This document shows positions 37,883 to 47,353 of a DNA stretch of 64,000 bases, in pieces. Numbering within the stretch: the stretch's first letter is position 1; each line of letters starts with the position of its first letter. Source of the DNA: an archaeon. Its GTDB lineage: Archaea > Undinarchaeota > Undinarchaeia > Undinarchaeales > JBDRKL01. Position numbers and translations under genes: made by a program. The notes beneath the pieces were generated by a model. It did no database searches. It was given only the letters and a program-made list of their open reading frames with translations, and was not told where the DNA came from. Location of the stretch: NCBI GenBank assembly GCA_043814055.1, contig JBDRKL010000007.1, positions 32,001-96,000 of the forward strand. Direction: 5' to 3'.

Positions 37883-38574
37883 CGCTCTTTAAATCCTTCC
37901 TGGTTTATGCGCTCAAGCGATTCCAGCGAGCCGAACTCATTGAACATTTTTTCAGTTACAAAAGCGAGCAGCTCTTTTTTGGATACAAGTTCCTGAAGCG
38001 CGGAAACCAGGTCGGATTTTCCTTCTGGAATTAATTTTAGAATTTCTTTTTTGAAAATCAATAGCCCGAAGTCCATGTATTCCATATCAGGAGTTATGTC
38101 TTCCTTGTCGTATTTTGAGATTAGCTCATCTGAAACTGCAACGTTTGAGGAGTATCCCTCAGGGGTCTTTCGCACAACCATAAGACTTGTCTTGTTGTGA
38201 TTTTTGAAATAGTCATAGACTTCCCTGAAGTCAATTGGGAGGTATGTATCGCCGTACATTACCATGAATGTTTCTTCAAGCAGAGATTCTGCGTTCTTCA
38301 GGGCTCCTGCAGTGCCGAGCGGCTCTGCTTCTTGGCTGTATTTTAGGTTCACCCCGAACTTGGAGCCGTTGCCAAAGTGTTCTTGGAGTTTTTCACCTAG
38401 GTATCCTGTGCAGAGGACTAGGTCAAGGATGCCATTGTTCTTTAGGCGCTCTATAACGTGCTCAAGAAATGGCTTGCCCTGAACTTCAAGAAGTGTTTTT
38501 GGAACTTTTTCAGTGAGTGGCTTAAGCCGCGTGCCCAATCCTCCGCAAAGTATTGCTATCTGCATTTTAATCAC
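37879..38574 (-). CDS. sugar-1-phosphate nucleotidyltransferase (HddC-like; start may be 38565)
   Basis: LCGGLGTRL..PK, EPLGTAG, YGDTY; lies in the heptose operon. Confidence 0.85.
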   Translation of the reverse strand: MIKMQIAILCGGLGTRLKPLTEKVPKTLLEVQGKPFLEHVIERLKNNGILDLVLCTGYLGEKLQEHFGNGSKFGVNLKYSQEAEPLGTAGALKNAESLLEETFMVMYGDTYLPIDFREVYDYFKNHNKTSLMVVRKTPEGYSSNVAVSDELISKYDKEDITPDMEYMDFGLLIFKKEILKLIPEGKSDLVSALQELVSKKELLAFVTEKMFNEFGSLESLERINQEGFKER

Positions 38575-39532
38575 GATTTAACAATTGCTTGTTCTCCAAA
38601 AGATAACGAACAGTCCGGCGAATCCCTTCCTCAATGGATATTGTTGGCGCCCAGCCGAGCTTTTTTATTTTGGTAGTGTCCAGCAGGATTTTCGGCGCGT
38701 CGCCTTTCCATCCGCGCTTGCCCCCCTTGTATTTGTATTCAATCTTGCTCAGGCCGAGCTCGTCCACGATTATGTCGCGGATTTTGTCCACGTTGATGCA
38801 CTCGTCATTGCCTATGTTGATGACATTTACCTGCTCTTTTGACTTCTCAATTGCGCAGAGAGTTCCTGCAACAGAATCGCCTATGTAAAGATATGGTTTT
38901 TCCTGACTCCCATCGCCGAATATCTCAAGCTCTTTCGGGTTTGCAAGCAGTTTCTTCGTGAAGTCAAAGATAACTCCGTGCGTGTAGCGTTCGCCTATCA
39001 TGGAGACATACCGGGTTATTGTTGATCGGATGCCGTAATATTCCGAGAACGCCTCAACCATTGCTTCCCCAGCGAGCTTTGACGCGCCGTAGAGCGAGGT
39101 CTGTGTTGGCGCATAGGTCTCAGGGGTTGGGAAAACTTCAGCATCTCCGTAGATTGCGGATGAGGATGCAAACGAGAGTCCTTTCACGTCGTTGGCACGC
39201 ATGGCTTCAAGAACGTTGTATGTGCCTATCGTGTTCTGCTCAAGGTCAACCTTGGTGTTTGTTATCCCGCCGCGCACGTCAGCGTTCGCCGCAAGGTGGA
39301 AAACAAAGTCCTTGCCGGCCAAAGCTTTCTTGAGCGAGTCCAAATCAAGAATGTCAGCTTCCACGAGCTGAAAGTTTGGATTGTCCTTGTGCTGCTTGAT
39401 GAAAAAATCGCCCGTGCTCTTCAAAGTATCGTAGACCGTGACGCTGCAGCCATCCGCGATTAGGCGGTCAACTATGTGGCTTCCTACAAATCCAGCCCCG
39501 CCTGTCAAAAGGACTTCACCAAGATTTTTCAT
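38567..39532 (-). CDS. NAD-dependent epimerase/dehydratase
   Basis: TGGAGFVG, HLAANADV, YGASK, GWKGD. Confidence 0.9.
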   Translation of the reverse strand: MKNLGEVLLTGGAGFVGSHIVDRLIADGCSVTVYDTLKSTGDFFIKQHKDNPNFQLVEADILDLDSLKKALAGKDFVFHLAANADVRGGITNTKVDLEQNTIGTYNVLEAMRANDVKGLSFASSSAIYGDAEVFPTPETYAPTQTSLYGASKLAGEAMVEAFSEYYGIRSTITRYVSMIGERYTHGVIFDFTKKLLANPKELEIFGDGSQEKPYLYIGDSVAGTLCAIEKSKEQVNVINIGNDECINVDKIRDIIVDELGLSKIEYKYKGGKRGWKGDAPKILLDTTKIKKLGWAPTISIEEGIRRTVRYLLENKQLLNRD

Positions 39533-40182
39533 TTTTTCTTTTTGAACTTAGCCCAAGTGTCCAGGAACTCGTCTATCGTGCTTTCGGTGCGCGGGTTCCA
39601 CGGGAGCGTCTTAAGAACTGGCGTTGGTATTGTCAAAACGTGCGCTCCGCTTCGGAATGCGCGGTTCAGATGCGATGCCTGCCTGAAGCTGCCAAGGATT
39701 ATTTTTGTCGTAATTCCGTGCTGTTCAAAAATGTCAACTGTCTCCATTGTGACCTGCTCGGCGTCGTAGCCCATGTCCTCTATGCGCGCCCAGAACAGGC
39801 TCACGTAGGTTGCGCCTGCAAGCGCTGCCAGAACTGCCTGGCGGGTTGACATGCACGCAGTCACGTTGGTCTTGATTCCTTTTTCAGAAAGGATTTTAAC
39901 CGCCTTTAGGCCCGGGATGCCCATTGGGATTTTTATCGCAATGTTCTTGCCCCATTTGTTGTATTCCTCGGCTTCCCTGACCATCTCGTTCGTGTCGTTC
40001 GTGGTTACTTCCACGCTTATTGGACCGTCAGTCAGCTTTGCTATTTCCTTTATCTGCTTTTCAAAGTCGCAGCCCTCTTCCTTTGCCACGATTGACGGGT
40101 TTGTGGTTACCCCGCTGATTATGCCCCAGCTTATCAGCTCTTTTATTTCCTCTATGTTCGCAGTGTCTGCAAATATTTCCAT
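39529..40182 (-). CDS. transaldolase / fructose-6-phosphate aldolase family
   Basis: FADTAN, GVTTNPS, ISVEV, IKIP, KTNVT, GATYVS. Confidence 0.92.
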   Translation of the reverse strand: MEIFADTANIEEIKELISWGIISGVTTNPSIVAKEEGCDFEKQIKEIAKLTDGPISVEVTTNDTNEMVREAEEYNKWGKNIAIKIPMGIPGLKAVKILSEKGIKTNVTACMSTRQAVLAALAGATYVSLFWARIEDMGYDAEQVTMETVDIFEQHGITTKIILGSFRQASHLNRAFRSGAHVLTIPTPVLKTLPWNPRTESTIDEFLDTWAKFKKKK

Positions 40183-40185
40183 TTT

Positions 40186-40758
40186 TTATTCCTCCTTTAG
40201 TATCAATTCAACAGACTCATACAAGTCCTTGACCATGAAATCCGGCTTTGCGTTTTTTTCCTCAAGCAATTTGCAAACGTCGCACTTGCCCTGCATACCG
40301 ATTAAGATTGTAGTGCAACTCGCACTTGCCCCTGCCTTGATGTCAGCCCAGCTGTCTCCAATCATGTAAGACTGCTTTGCGTCAATGCCCAGGTCTTTGC
40401 AAGCCTGCTCAATCATGCCGGGTTTTGGCTTGCGGCACTCGCACTCGTCCTCGTGCTTGTGCGGGCAATAGTATATCGCGTCAAGCTTTGCATCAGCCGC
40501 TTCAGCGAGTTCTTTCTCCATTTTTTCGTGTATTTTCTTGAGCATTTCTTCAGTTAGGCGACCTTTTGCAATTGCTGGCTGGTTTGTAATTACAATCGCG
40601 AGGTAATCTGAGTTGTTTATCTTTTTAATTGCATCCGCAGCGCGCGGCAACAGTTTGAAATCGTTCGGCTTGAGTGGAGAGTCCACTATACCGAGCTCCT
40701 CGTTCAGATATGGCTCGTTTATGGTGCTGTCCCTGTCTATGAAGATTGCTTGCTTCAT
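40186..40758 (-). CDS. gmhB: D-glycero-D-manno-heptose 1,7-bisphosphate phosphatase
   Basis: Start MKQAIFIDRD at 40758 (ATGA overlap); ITNQ, YCPH..CECRKPKPG, MIGD. Confidence 0.88.
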   Translation of the reverse strand: MKQAIFIDRDSTINEPYLNEELGIVDSPLKPNDFKLLPRAADAIKKINNSDYLAIVITNQPAIAKGRLTEEMLKKIHEKMEKELAEAADAKLDAIYYCPHKHEDECECRKPKPGMIEQACKDLGIDAKQSYMIGDSWADIKAGASASCTTILIGMQGKCDVCKLLEEKNAKPDFMVKDLYESVELILKEE

Positions 40759-41354
40759 TCTTTTTCTATTTTCTCCTTGAGCGCTGCGCACAACAGATGC
40801 GAGAGCACTGCGTGGAAGCCTTCTGTGAGCGGCGTGGATTCTACCGGCACAATTAGGCAATGGTCAGCCATCTGCTTCATTGCTCCGCCGTCAAAACCGG
40901 CAAGGCCGATTGCAACTCCACCATTGTCCTTTGCATACTGAAGCGCCTTGAGCAGGTTCTGGGACCAGGTGCCTGCCTTGTCAGAGCCAGAGCCGCCGTG
41001 CACGCTGAACGCGATTACCACGTCGCCTTCCTTGAAGAAGTTGATGAGCTGTTCGGAGTAAACGTCACCCCAGCCGTTGTCATTTGTAAGAGCGCTGACA
41101 AGCGGAATGTTGTCCACGAGCGCAAGCGCCTTGAAGCGCTGTTTGCCTTCAACATTGCAGTATTTGTTCAGGTCACATGCCATGTGCGTTGCAGTTGATG
41201 CTGAGCCGCCATTTCCAATAAGGAAAACTGTTGAGCCGCGCTTCCACGCCTCAAAGAGCGCATCTATGACTGCATCTATATCCTTTTGTGAAATATTTTT
41301 CACTATATCCTCCATGTTGGAGAAGTATTTTTCAAGAAATTCTTGGTTGTTCAT
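40755..41354 (-). CDS. gmhA: sedoheptulose-7-phosphate isomerase (SIS domain)
   Basis: GNGGSAS.A.H, TNDNG...SEQL, GFDGG, EGFH. Confidence 0.85.
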   Translation of the reverse strand: MNNQEFLEKYFSNMEDIVKNISQKDIDAVIDALFEAWKRGSTVFLIGNGGSASTATHMACDLNKYCNVEGKQRFKALALVDNIPLVSALTNDNGWGDVYSEQLINFFKEGDVVIAFSVHGGSGSDKAGTWSQNLLKALQYAKDNGGVAIGLAGFDGGAMKQMADHCLIVPVESTPLTEGFHAVLSHLLCAALKEKIEKE

Positions 41355-41430
41355 TTCAAAGTTTCACCTCTTTCAGCAGCTTTGAAATAAACACGAAACT
41401 GCTTGACAGATTTATTGTTTTGTGCCTCAT
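41351..41430 (-). other. two-hairpin junction cassette / 24-codon bridge mini-ORF
   Basis: MRHKTINLSSSFVFISKLLKEVKL* (41430-41356) starts in the ATGA of the upstream stop and ends 1 nt before the gmhA ATG; homologous to 33141-33288. Confidence 0.8.
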
Positions 41431-42419
41431 TTTGCCTCCGAGTGCGCCTTGCTCCAGTTGTAGAGCTTGTGCACTAGTTTTATTGATTCAAGAGCGTCAT
41501 TCGCGTTCGCGAGCGGCTCGCGGTTTTCCTCTATTGCTGCAAGAAGTTCCTTGAACTCAAGAGCCCAAGAGTTGTCAGCTTCAGGAAATTCAAACACCTC
41601 TTGGTCAGGCGGACCCATCTCTGGTTTCATCTTGTAGAGCGTGAGAGTTTCTGGACCGTAGCTTCTGCCGAGCCCGTTTATTTCAATTACACCTGTCTTG
41701 CCGAATATGTGGAAGTAAAATCGGTTTTTCCACTCGGTCCAGCTTGCGTGCAGGAACGCTGTTTTGCCTTCCTTGCTCCTGAGTATTGCAAAGCCATTGT
41801 CCTCAACTGGTATTTCCCAGAATTCGTTTGTCGCGAAGCCGACAGCATCATCAAAATTGCCGGCGTACCAGCGCGAAAGATCAATTAAATGAGAACCTTG
41901 GTCAAGCATTTCTCCGCCGCCGCTTTTCTCTGGGTTTGCGCGCCACTCTTTTTCATATCCTGGGCGACCGCCGTGGCCATAAACAGCGCGGATGTAGCAG
42001 AACTCGCCGATTGCTCCGGAGTCCAAGAGCTCCTTTGCCTTGAGCATCGCGGGGTGGTATCTGTGATTGAATCCAACTTTGACTTTCTTGCCGGATTCCT
42101 GCGCGGCTTTGACCAACTGCGCGACTTCGTCAGGATTCCTGCCGGCTGGTTTTTCAACAAGCACGTGCTTGCCGTTTTGGAGTGCTTCAACTGATATTGG
42201 TGTGAGCAGGTCGTGTGTAGTGCATACAAAAACTATGTCAATTTCAGGATTTGATACGACTTCTTTCCAGTCCGTGGTGTATTTGCAATTGTATTCTGAC
42301 GCAAGTTTTTTTGCACTTTCCTCATTAACGTCTGCAACTTGGATGAGCTCTGCGCCTTCAAGCGCTGCCGCGCGCTTGTTGCCTATGAGCCCTGCGCCGA
42401 TTATTCCAACGTTAACCAT
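41427..42419 (-). CDS. Gfo/Idh/MocA oxidoreductase
   Basis: IIGAGLIG, HVLVEKP, VGFNHRY, GGGEMLDQGSHLID. Confidence 0.92.
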   Translation of the reverse strand: MVNVGIIGAGLIGNKRAAALEGAELIQVADVNEESAKKLASEYNCKYTTDWKEVVSNPEIDIVFVCTTHDLLTPISVEALQNGKHVLVEKPAGRNPDEVAQLVKAAQESGKKVKVGFNHRYHPAMLKAKELLDSGAIGEFCYIRAVYGHGGRPGYEKEWRANPEKSGGGEMLDQGSHLIDLSRWYAGNFDDAVGFATNEFWEIPVEDNGFAILRSKEGKTAFLHASWTEWKNRFYFHIFGKTGVIEINGLGRSYGPETLTLYKMKPEMGPPDQEVFEFPEADNSWALEFKELLAAIEENREPLANANDALESIKLVHKLYNWSKAHSEAK

Positions 42420-43257
42420 TTTCATCACCTTTCTTCTCAAACGCTAGGAAATTGTCAATTCGCCTGAGCCTGTAGAGCGAATTGTTTTCAAAATCAGATT
42501 TGCTGAGATTTTCCCAGTTGTCCCACTTCGCGCTTATAAGGCGGCCGGTTATTCCGTTGGATTTTTCAGATGCGAGGAAAGAAACAAGCTCCGCGACTTT
42601 TTCAACTGAATCACCGCCGAATTCTTTCTGCTTCTTGGATTGCTCCAGAAAGTCCTTGCCAGCTTTTTCACCCGCTTCAAGAATCTGCTCAAGAAGCTGG
42701 GTGTTTATTGCCCCAGGAGCTATGCAGTTGATGTCAATGTTTTTCAATTCAATGGAAAGACACTGGGTCAGACCGGCAACAGCGAATTTTGAAGTGGTGT
42801 ATGCGCTTAGGTTTGGCTTAAGGTTTCCTCCAACTCCGCCGCCTGCTAGGTTTATGATTTTTCCGCTTGGCATATGCGGAAGCACTGCCTTTATGCAGTT
42901 CACCATTCCGAGCAGGTTGACCTCAATGGTCTTCTGCCACAGCTTAAGGTCATTCTGTTCAAGTGGGCCGATTGGACCGTACATTCCGGCGTTGTTTACA
43001 AGAATATCTATCTTGCCGAACTTCTCAGCTGCCTGTGAAAAGCATTTTTTAATGCTTTCTGAATCTGAAACGTCTGCCTGACACTTCAGAACTTCAACCC
43101 CGCTTAGTTCGGATTCAAGCGAGTCAAGGTCTGCTCTGGTTCGCGCGATTATTACAAGGTTTGAGCCCTGGCTTGCGAGATGCTTGGCTATTTGGCGGCC
43201 AATTCCCTTGCCAGCACCGGTAATTACGCTTGTTTTTCCGCTCAGTGTTTTTACCAT
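42412..43257 (-). CDS. classical SDR oxidoreductase
   Basis: TGAGKGIG, NNAG, YTTSK, IAPG. Confidence 0.9.
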   Translation of the reverse strand: MVKTLSGKTSVITGAGKGIGRQIAKHLASQGSNLVIIARTRADLDSLESELSGVEVLKCQADVSDSESIKKCFSQAAEKFGKIDILVNNAGMYGPIGPLEQNDLKLWQKTIEVNLLGMVNCIKAVLPHMPSGKIINLAGGGVGGNLKPNLSAYTTSKFAVAGLTQCLSIELKNIDINCIAPGAINTQLLEQILEAGEKAGKDFLEQSKKQKEFGGDSVEKVAELVSFLASEKSNGITGRLISAKWDNWENLSKSDFENNSLYRLRRIDNFLAFEKKGDENG

Positions 43258-44561
43258 TAGACCCCCATCCCGTAGTATTCAAACCCGGCTGACTTAAGCA
43301 ATTTGTGGTCAAGGAAATTTTTAATGTCGTATATCTCTGGGCTCTTCATGGCTTTGCCTAGTTTTTTAAAGTCAATCTCTTTGAACTCCGGCCACTCTGT
43401 GGCAAGTATTAGCGCGTCGCAATTCTTCGCTGCTTCGTCTGCTGTTTTTGAGAGTATGATTTCCTTTGTGTCTTCGCTTGGTTCTGAAATTTTTGGGTCA
43501 AATGCCTTTACTTCTGCACCCTCCTTTTTCAAGGCTGACGCGATTTCAAGTGAGATTGAGCGCCGAAGCGTGTCCGTATTCGGCTTGTAGGTCAGACCGA
43601 GGAGCCCGAACGTGAGGCCGCTCAGATTTTTGTGCTTTTTCCTGATTTTTTTCAGGAGTGCATTTATCCGGTTCCTGTTCACGCTGAGCACTGAGTCAAG
43701 GAGCGCGGTTTCAATTTTATTTTCTTCGCCGAGCTTTCTGAGAGTTTGTATGTCGCGGCCGAGAGTTCCTCCGGCAAAGCCGAAGCCCGGCAGTATTGGG
43801 GCTTTTGGACTCACGCGGGAGTCTGCCTTGAGCGTTTCTACAACTTCAAATGCATTCGCGCCGACTGATTCGCAGAGGTCTGCGAGCTCGCTTGAGAAAC
43901 TTATGCAGGTTGCGAGGTACGCGTTCATCGCGTGCTTTGACATTTCCGCGCTTTCAACTCTTATCACTATTTTTTTGCAATCAATTTTGTCAAAAACACT
44001 AAGAACTTTTTCTTCAGCTTCTTTGTCACTCACGCCAAAGACCATTCGGTCTGGCTCAAGGAATATCTTTATCGCATTGTTAAGCCTCAGATTTTCCGGA
44101 ACGTATGAGATTTTCACTTTGCCCTCTCCAAACTTTTTATCAAACAGCCCCTTGAGTTTCCTGCAAGTTCCAACTGGGACTTGACTGGTCATCACTATTG
44201 CTGGAAATTCGTTGTTCTCATTTGGCTTGAGGTTTTCAAGCAAGTAGTCTGTTGAGTTGTCGATTATGGATAGGTCAACAACATCATTGTCATCAACTGG
44301 TGTGTCAAAAGCTATGAAAATGAAATCAGTGTTTAGGAGTTCTGGGCTGAGTTTGGAAAATGAAAGCGCACCTGAGCTTATGTGTGCATTTACAAGTTCT
44401 TCCAAACCAGGCTCGTAGATTGGCAATTTGCCACCTGAGATTTCTTCCACCCTTGTTTCATCAAAATCTGTGCCTATCACTGTGTGGCTAAGTTTTGGAA
44501 GACACGCGCAGTGGACAAGACCAAGATGCCACAATCCGATGACTAAAATTTTGACCCCCAT
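43257..44561 (-). CDS. UDP-glucose/GDP-mannose dehydrogenase family protein lacking the catalytic Cys
   Basis: IGLWHLG, PIYEPGL, PENLR, SAEMSK, FAGGTLGRD, GLTYKPNT. Confidence 0.85.
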   Translation of the reverse strand: MGVKILVIGLWHLGLVHCACLPKLSHTVIGTDFDETRVEEISGGKLPIYEPGLEELVNAHISSGALSFSKLSPELLNTDFIFIAFDTPVDDNDVVDLSIIDNSTDYLLENLKPNENNEFPAIVMTSQVPVGTCRKLKGLFDKKFGEGKVKISYVPENLRLNNAIKIFLEPDRMVFGVSDKEAEEKVLSVFDKIDCKKIVIRVESAEMSKHAMNAYLATCISFSSELADLCESVGANAFEVVETLKADSRVSPKAPILPGFGFAGGTLGRDIQTLRKLGEENKIETALLDSVLSVNRNRINALLKKIRKKHKNLSGLTFGLLGLTYKPNTDTLRRSISLEIASALKKEGAEVKAFDPKISEPSEDTKEIILSKTADEAAKNCDALILATEWPEFKEIDFKKLGKAMKSPEIYDIKNFLDHKLLKSAGFEYYGMGV

Positions 44562-45541
44562 TAGTTACCCACCAATATTTTTGAACCCTCAAAGTCAAAC
44601 TTGAATTTGACTTCGTGAAGACCCTCTTTTTTCATTGCTGAGCGGAGCTTGCCGGCATCTTCTGTGCAGAACATGAGAAATCCGCCACCGCCGGCTCCGA
44701 CCAGCTTTCCGCCTATTGCGCCATTTTTAATTGCAATGTCGTACCATTTGTCAATTTCAGGATTGCTCATACCTTCCGTGCGCGTTCGCTTGTTTTTCCA
44801 GTGAACATCAAAAAGCTCGCCGAGCTCACGTAAGTTTCCAGATTCAATTGCCTTCCCGCATTTTATGCCGAGCTCTTTTGTTTTCTTGAGATTTTCAATC
44901 ATGTGTGAATCTGCGCTTTTACTCTTGTCATCCTGGTCTTTGAGTATTGCAGATGCAGAGCGGGTCTGTGAGGTGAAGAACAATAAGAGGTTATTCTCAA
45001 GCTCGTTGACTATGTCAGGAGAGAGCTTGAGCTGGTTTATTTCAACGTTTCCATTGCTCTTGAACGTGAAAGACGTTATGCCACCGAAGGCGGCTATGTA
45101 CTGATCCTGCTTCCCGACCGGCTCTTTAAGAATGTCCATTTCAATGTGGCATGCCTCTTCCGCCAAGTTCTTTGTCAGGATTTTTTCTCGCTTGTAGTGG
45201 TGCAGCGCGTTCAGGAGCCCGACCGTAAACGAGCCCGAAGAGCCAAGGCCAGTGCCGGCTGGGATGTCCGCCATGCTCGCGACCTCTATTCGTTTTGTGA
45301 CTCCGGTAAGCTTGAGAGCCTCGCGTATGAGCGGGTGTTTCAGGTCGTCAATGTTGTCAACGCGCTCGGATTTTGAGTAGTGGGCTATTATGTCGTCCTT
45401 GAAATTCTCGTGCAGGCTTATGTAGACGTATTTGTCTATCGCCGCGCTTATCAGAAAACCGTCATCCTGCGTGTAATATGACGGCAGGTCAGTGCCCCCG
45501 CCCCCCAAGCTGATGCGCAAAGGTGTCTGAGAGATAATCAT
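44561..45541 (-). CDS. hddA: D-glycero-alpha-D-manno-heptose-7-phosphate kinase (GHMP family)
   Basis: PLRISLGGGGTD, PAGTGLGSSG, GKQDQY, GGKLVGAGGGGF. Confidence 0.88.
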   Translation of the reverse strand: MIISQTPLRISLGGGGTDLPSYYTQDDGFLISAAIDKYVYISLHENFKDDIIAHYSKSERVDNIDDLKHPLIREALKLTGVTKRIEVASMADIPAGTGLGSSGSFTVGLLNALHHYKREKILTKNLAEEACHIEMDILKEPVGKQDQYIAAFGGITSFTFKSNGNVEINQLKLSPDIVNELENNLLLFFTSQTRSASAILKDQDDKSKSADSHMIENLKKTKELGIKCGKAIESGNLRELGELFDVHWKNKRTRTEGMSNPEIDKWYDIAIKNGAIGGKLVGAGGGGFLMFCTEDAGKLRSAMKKEGLHEVKFKFDFEGSKILVGN

Positions 45542-45559
45542 ATTGTTTCAGTCGTGAAT

Positions 45560-45626
45560 CAGCCTATATAAACGTTATAGAACAAGAGTTCATACCCAAG
45601 ATTCGGAAACAAAGATATTTATAGAT
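45560..45626. promoter_or_regulatory. divergent TATA boxes for the heptose operon (-) and the GT2 gene (+)
   Basis: TTTATATA on minus about 30 nt from ATG 45541; TTTATA on plus about 31 nt from ATG 45649. Confidence 0.6.
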
Positions 45627-45648
45627 TACAAAGAGAGGGTAGAGAATA

Positions 45649-46659
45649 ATGGAAGTAAGCGTTATTGTTATCACCTATAACGAGGAACAGAACCTGGGAG
45701 AATGCCTTGAGTCGCTTGTGGCGCAGGACTACCCACCGAAAGACTACGAAATTCTCATAGTGGATGCTGATTCAACTGATAGAACTCATGAGATAGTAAA
45801 GAAGTTTTCAAAGAAGTACAAGAACATCTCACTGCATATTGAAAAGAAAATGGGACGGCCAGCCAGCAGAAACCGCGGAATAAAGGAAGCAAAATATGGA
45901 TACGTTGCATTCACAGATGCGGACTGCGTTGTGCCAAAGAATTGGCTGAGTGAACTGGCCAAAGCGTTTGATAAGAACCGCACGGAAAACCTTGCAGGTG
46001 TCGGAGGCGCAAACATAGCTCCAAAAGACGCTGTGGATTTCATGAAAGCGGTCTACATAGCGCAGAACACGTTTCTTGGATCGCTCGGAAGCGTGCAGAG
46101 CAAGGTCTTTGACAAGGTTGGGAAGGTAAGGAGCATTGCGTGCGCGAATGCTTTCTATGACAAGAGAAAGCTGGAGGAGGTTGACGGGTTCACAAAGGGT
46201 ATTGTAGGGGATGATTGGGAGCTCAATTATAAATTAAGGAAAAAGGGCTACGAACTGCTTACGGTTCCAAAGTCGTACGTATGGCACAAGTTCAGGGCAA
46301 CCCCGCGGGTTTTTTTAAAGCACATGTACATCTACGGCCGGATTCGCGGTGATTTGTTCAGGAGATATCCTGATACGCTTTTTTCAGTTTACTCACTTTC
46401 ACTCATTTTCACCCTGATTATATTGGCGCCGCTGTTTTACTGGGTACATCCAATATTTTTGCTACCGCTCCTTTATTTTCCAACTATACTGGCGTACAGC
46501 GCATACCTAGCTATAAAGAACAAGAGTGCAGAACTATGGGCAAAAGTGTTCGCGGTCTTTGTCATACAGCACTTCGCGTATTCATTTTCAGTGCCGATTG
46601 GAATGGTAGTAAGATTTAAGGTCCGCAAAAGTATTAAAGAAGGACTGGCAAGAGAATAG
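45649..46659 (+). CDS. GT2 glycosyltransferase with C-terminal TMs
   Basis: ITYNEE, DADSTD, FTDADC, DDWEL. Confidence 0.9.
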   Translation: MEVSVIVITYNEEQNLGECLESLVAQDYPPKDYEILIVDADSTDRTHEIVKKFSKKYKNISLHIEKKMGRPASRNRGIKEAKYGYVAFTDADCVVPKNWLSELAKAFDKNRTENLAGVGGANIAPKDAVDFMKAVYIAQNTFLGSLGSVQSKVFDKVGKVRSIACANAFYDKRKLEEVDGFTKGIVGDDWELNYKLRKKGYELLTVPKSYVWHKFRATPRVFLKHMYIYGRIRGDLFRRYPDTLFSVYSLSLIFTLIILAPLFYWVHPIFLLPLLYFPTILAYSAYLAIKNKSAELWAKVFAVFVIQHFAYSFSVPIGMVVRFKVRKSIKEGLARE

Positions 46660-46665
46660 GTCTGA

Positions 46666-47253
46666 ATGGAATTAAAAAAATGTCAACAAATAGAAATGGG
46701 GAAGATAGCGGAGCTTGTAAAAGGCAAGCGAATAATTGACTTTGGATTTGCAGAGACACCTAATCCTTTTCTTGAGGGGGGTGTTATAGGCGTTGATATA
46801 AATAAGCCGTATAAGATGCCCAAGAATTATGACAGGTTCGTCCAGCAGGACCTAAATGAAACTCCTTATTCTTTCAGAAGTGGATATGCAGATTGTATAA
46901 CAGCATCGGAGGTTATTGAACACCTTGAACGACCGTATGATTTTTTGAAAGAATGCCATCGCATACTAAAGCCAAAGGGAAAACTGCTACTGTCCACGCC
47001 AAATGCATTTTACTACACAGTGTTTGTCAGTGCGATGCTGGGTAAGTGGAAAGTTTATGCAAAAAAGAAAACTGACGAACACCTCCAGGAGTGGTCAATA
47101 CCATTAATGAAGTATAATTTGGAGAAATTTGGGTTCAAAGTTGTGAACGTGCTTCCAACTTTCATCACAATTCCAAAGACGAGGATTACAATAGGACTGA
47201 GAAAGGTGCTTAATCTTTCAAGCACAGTTATTTATGAATGTGTCAGGAAATGA
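46666..47253 (+). CDS. class I SAM-dependent methyltransferase
   Basis: IDFG, GVDI, SEVIEHL, LKPKGKLLLSTPN. Confidence 0.85.
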   Translation: MELKKCQQIEMGKIAELVKGKRIIDFGFAETPNPFLEGGVIGVDINKPYKMPKNYDRFVQQDLNETPYSFRSGYADCITASEVIEHLERPYDFLKECHRILKPKGKLLLSTPNAFYYTVFVSAMLGKWKVYAKKKTDEHLQEWSIPLMKYNLEKFGFKVVNVLPTFITIPKTRITIGLRKVLNLSSTVIYECVRK

Positions 47254-47353
47254 GAGCTATAAAAAATCAAATAATATGGTGAAGAAGTAATCGATTCGCT
47301 GCCAAAAATTATTGGGCAGAAGTGCCCCTCACAAAATTTAAAGAATACCTAGC

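Noticed and set aside
40759-40860. N-terminal extension of GmhB in the ORF track
   Set aside because: Overlaps gmhA; the family start MKQAIFIDRD at 40758 gives a normal ATGA overlap
33141-41430. Repeated intergenic hairpins as integron attC sites
   Set aside because: No RYYYAAC/GTTRRRY core ends and no integron integrase in the window; the units are two adjacent stems rather than one long imperfect palindrome
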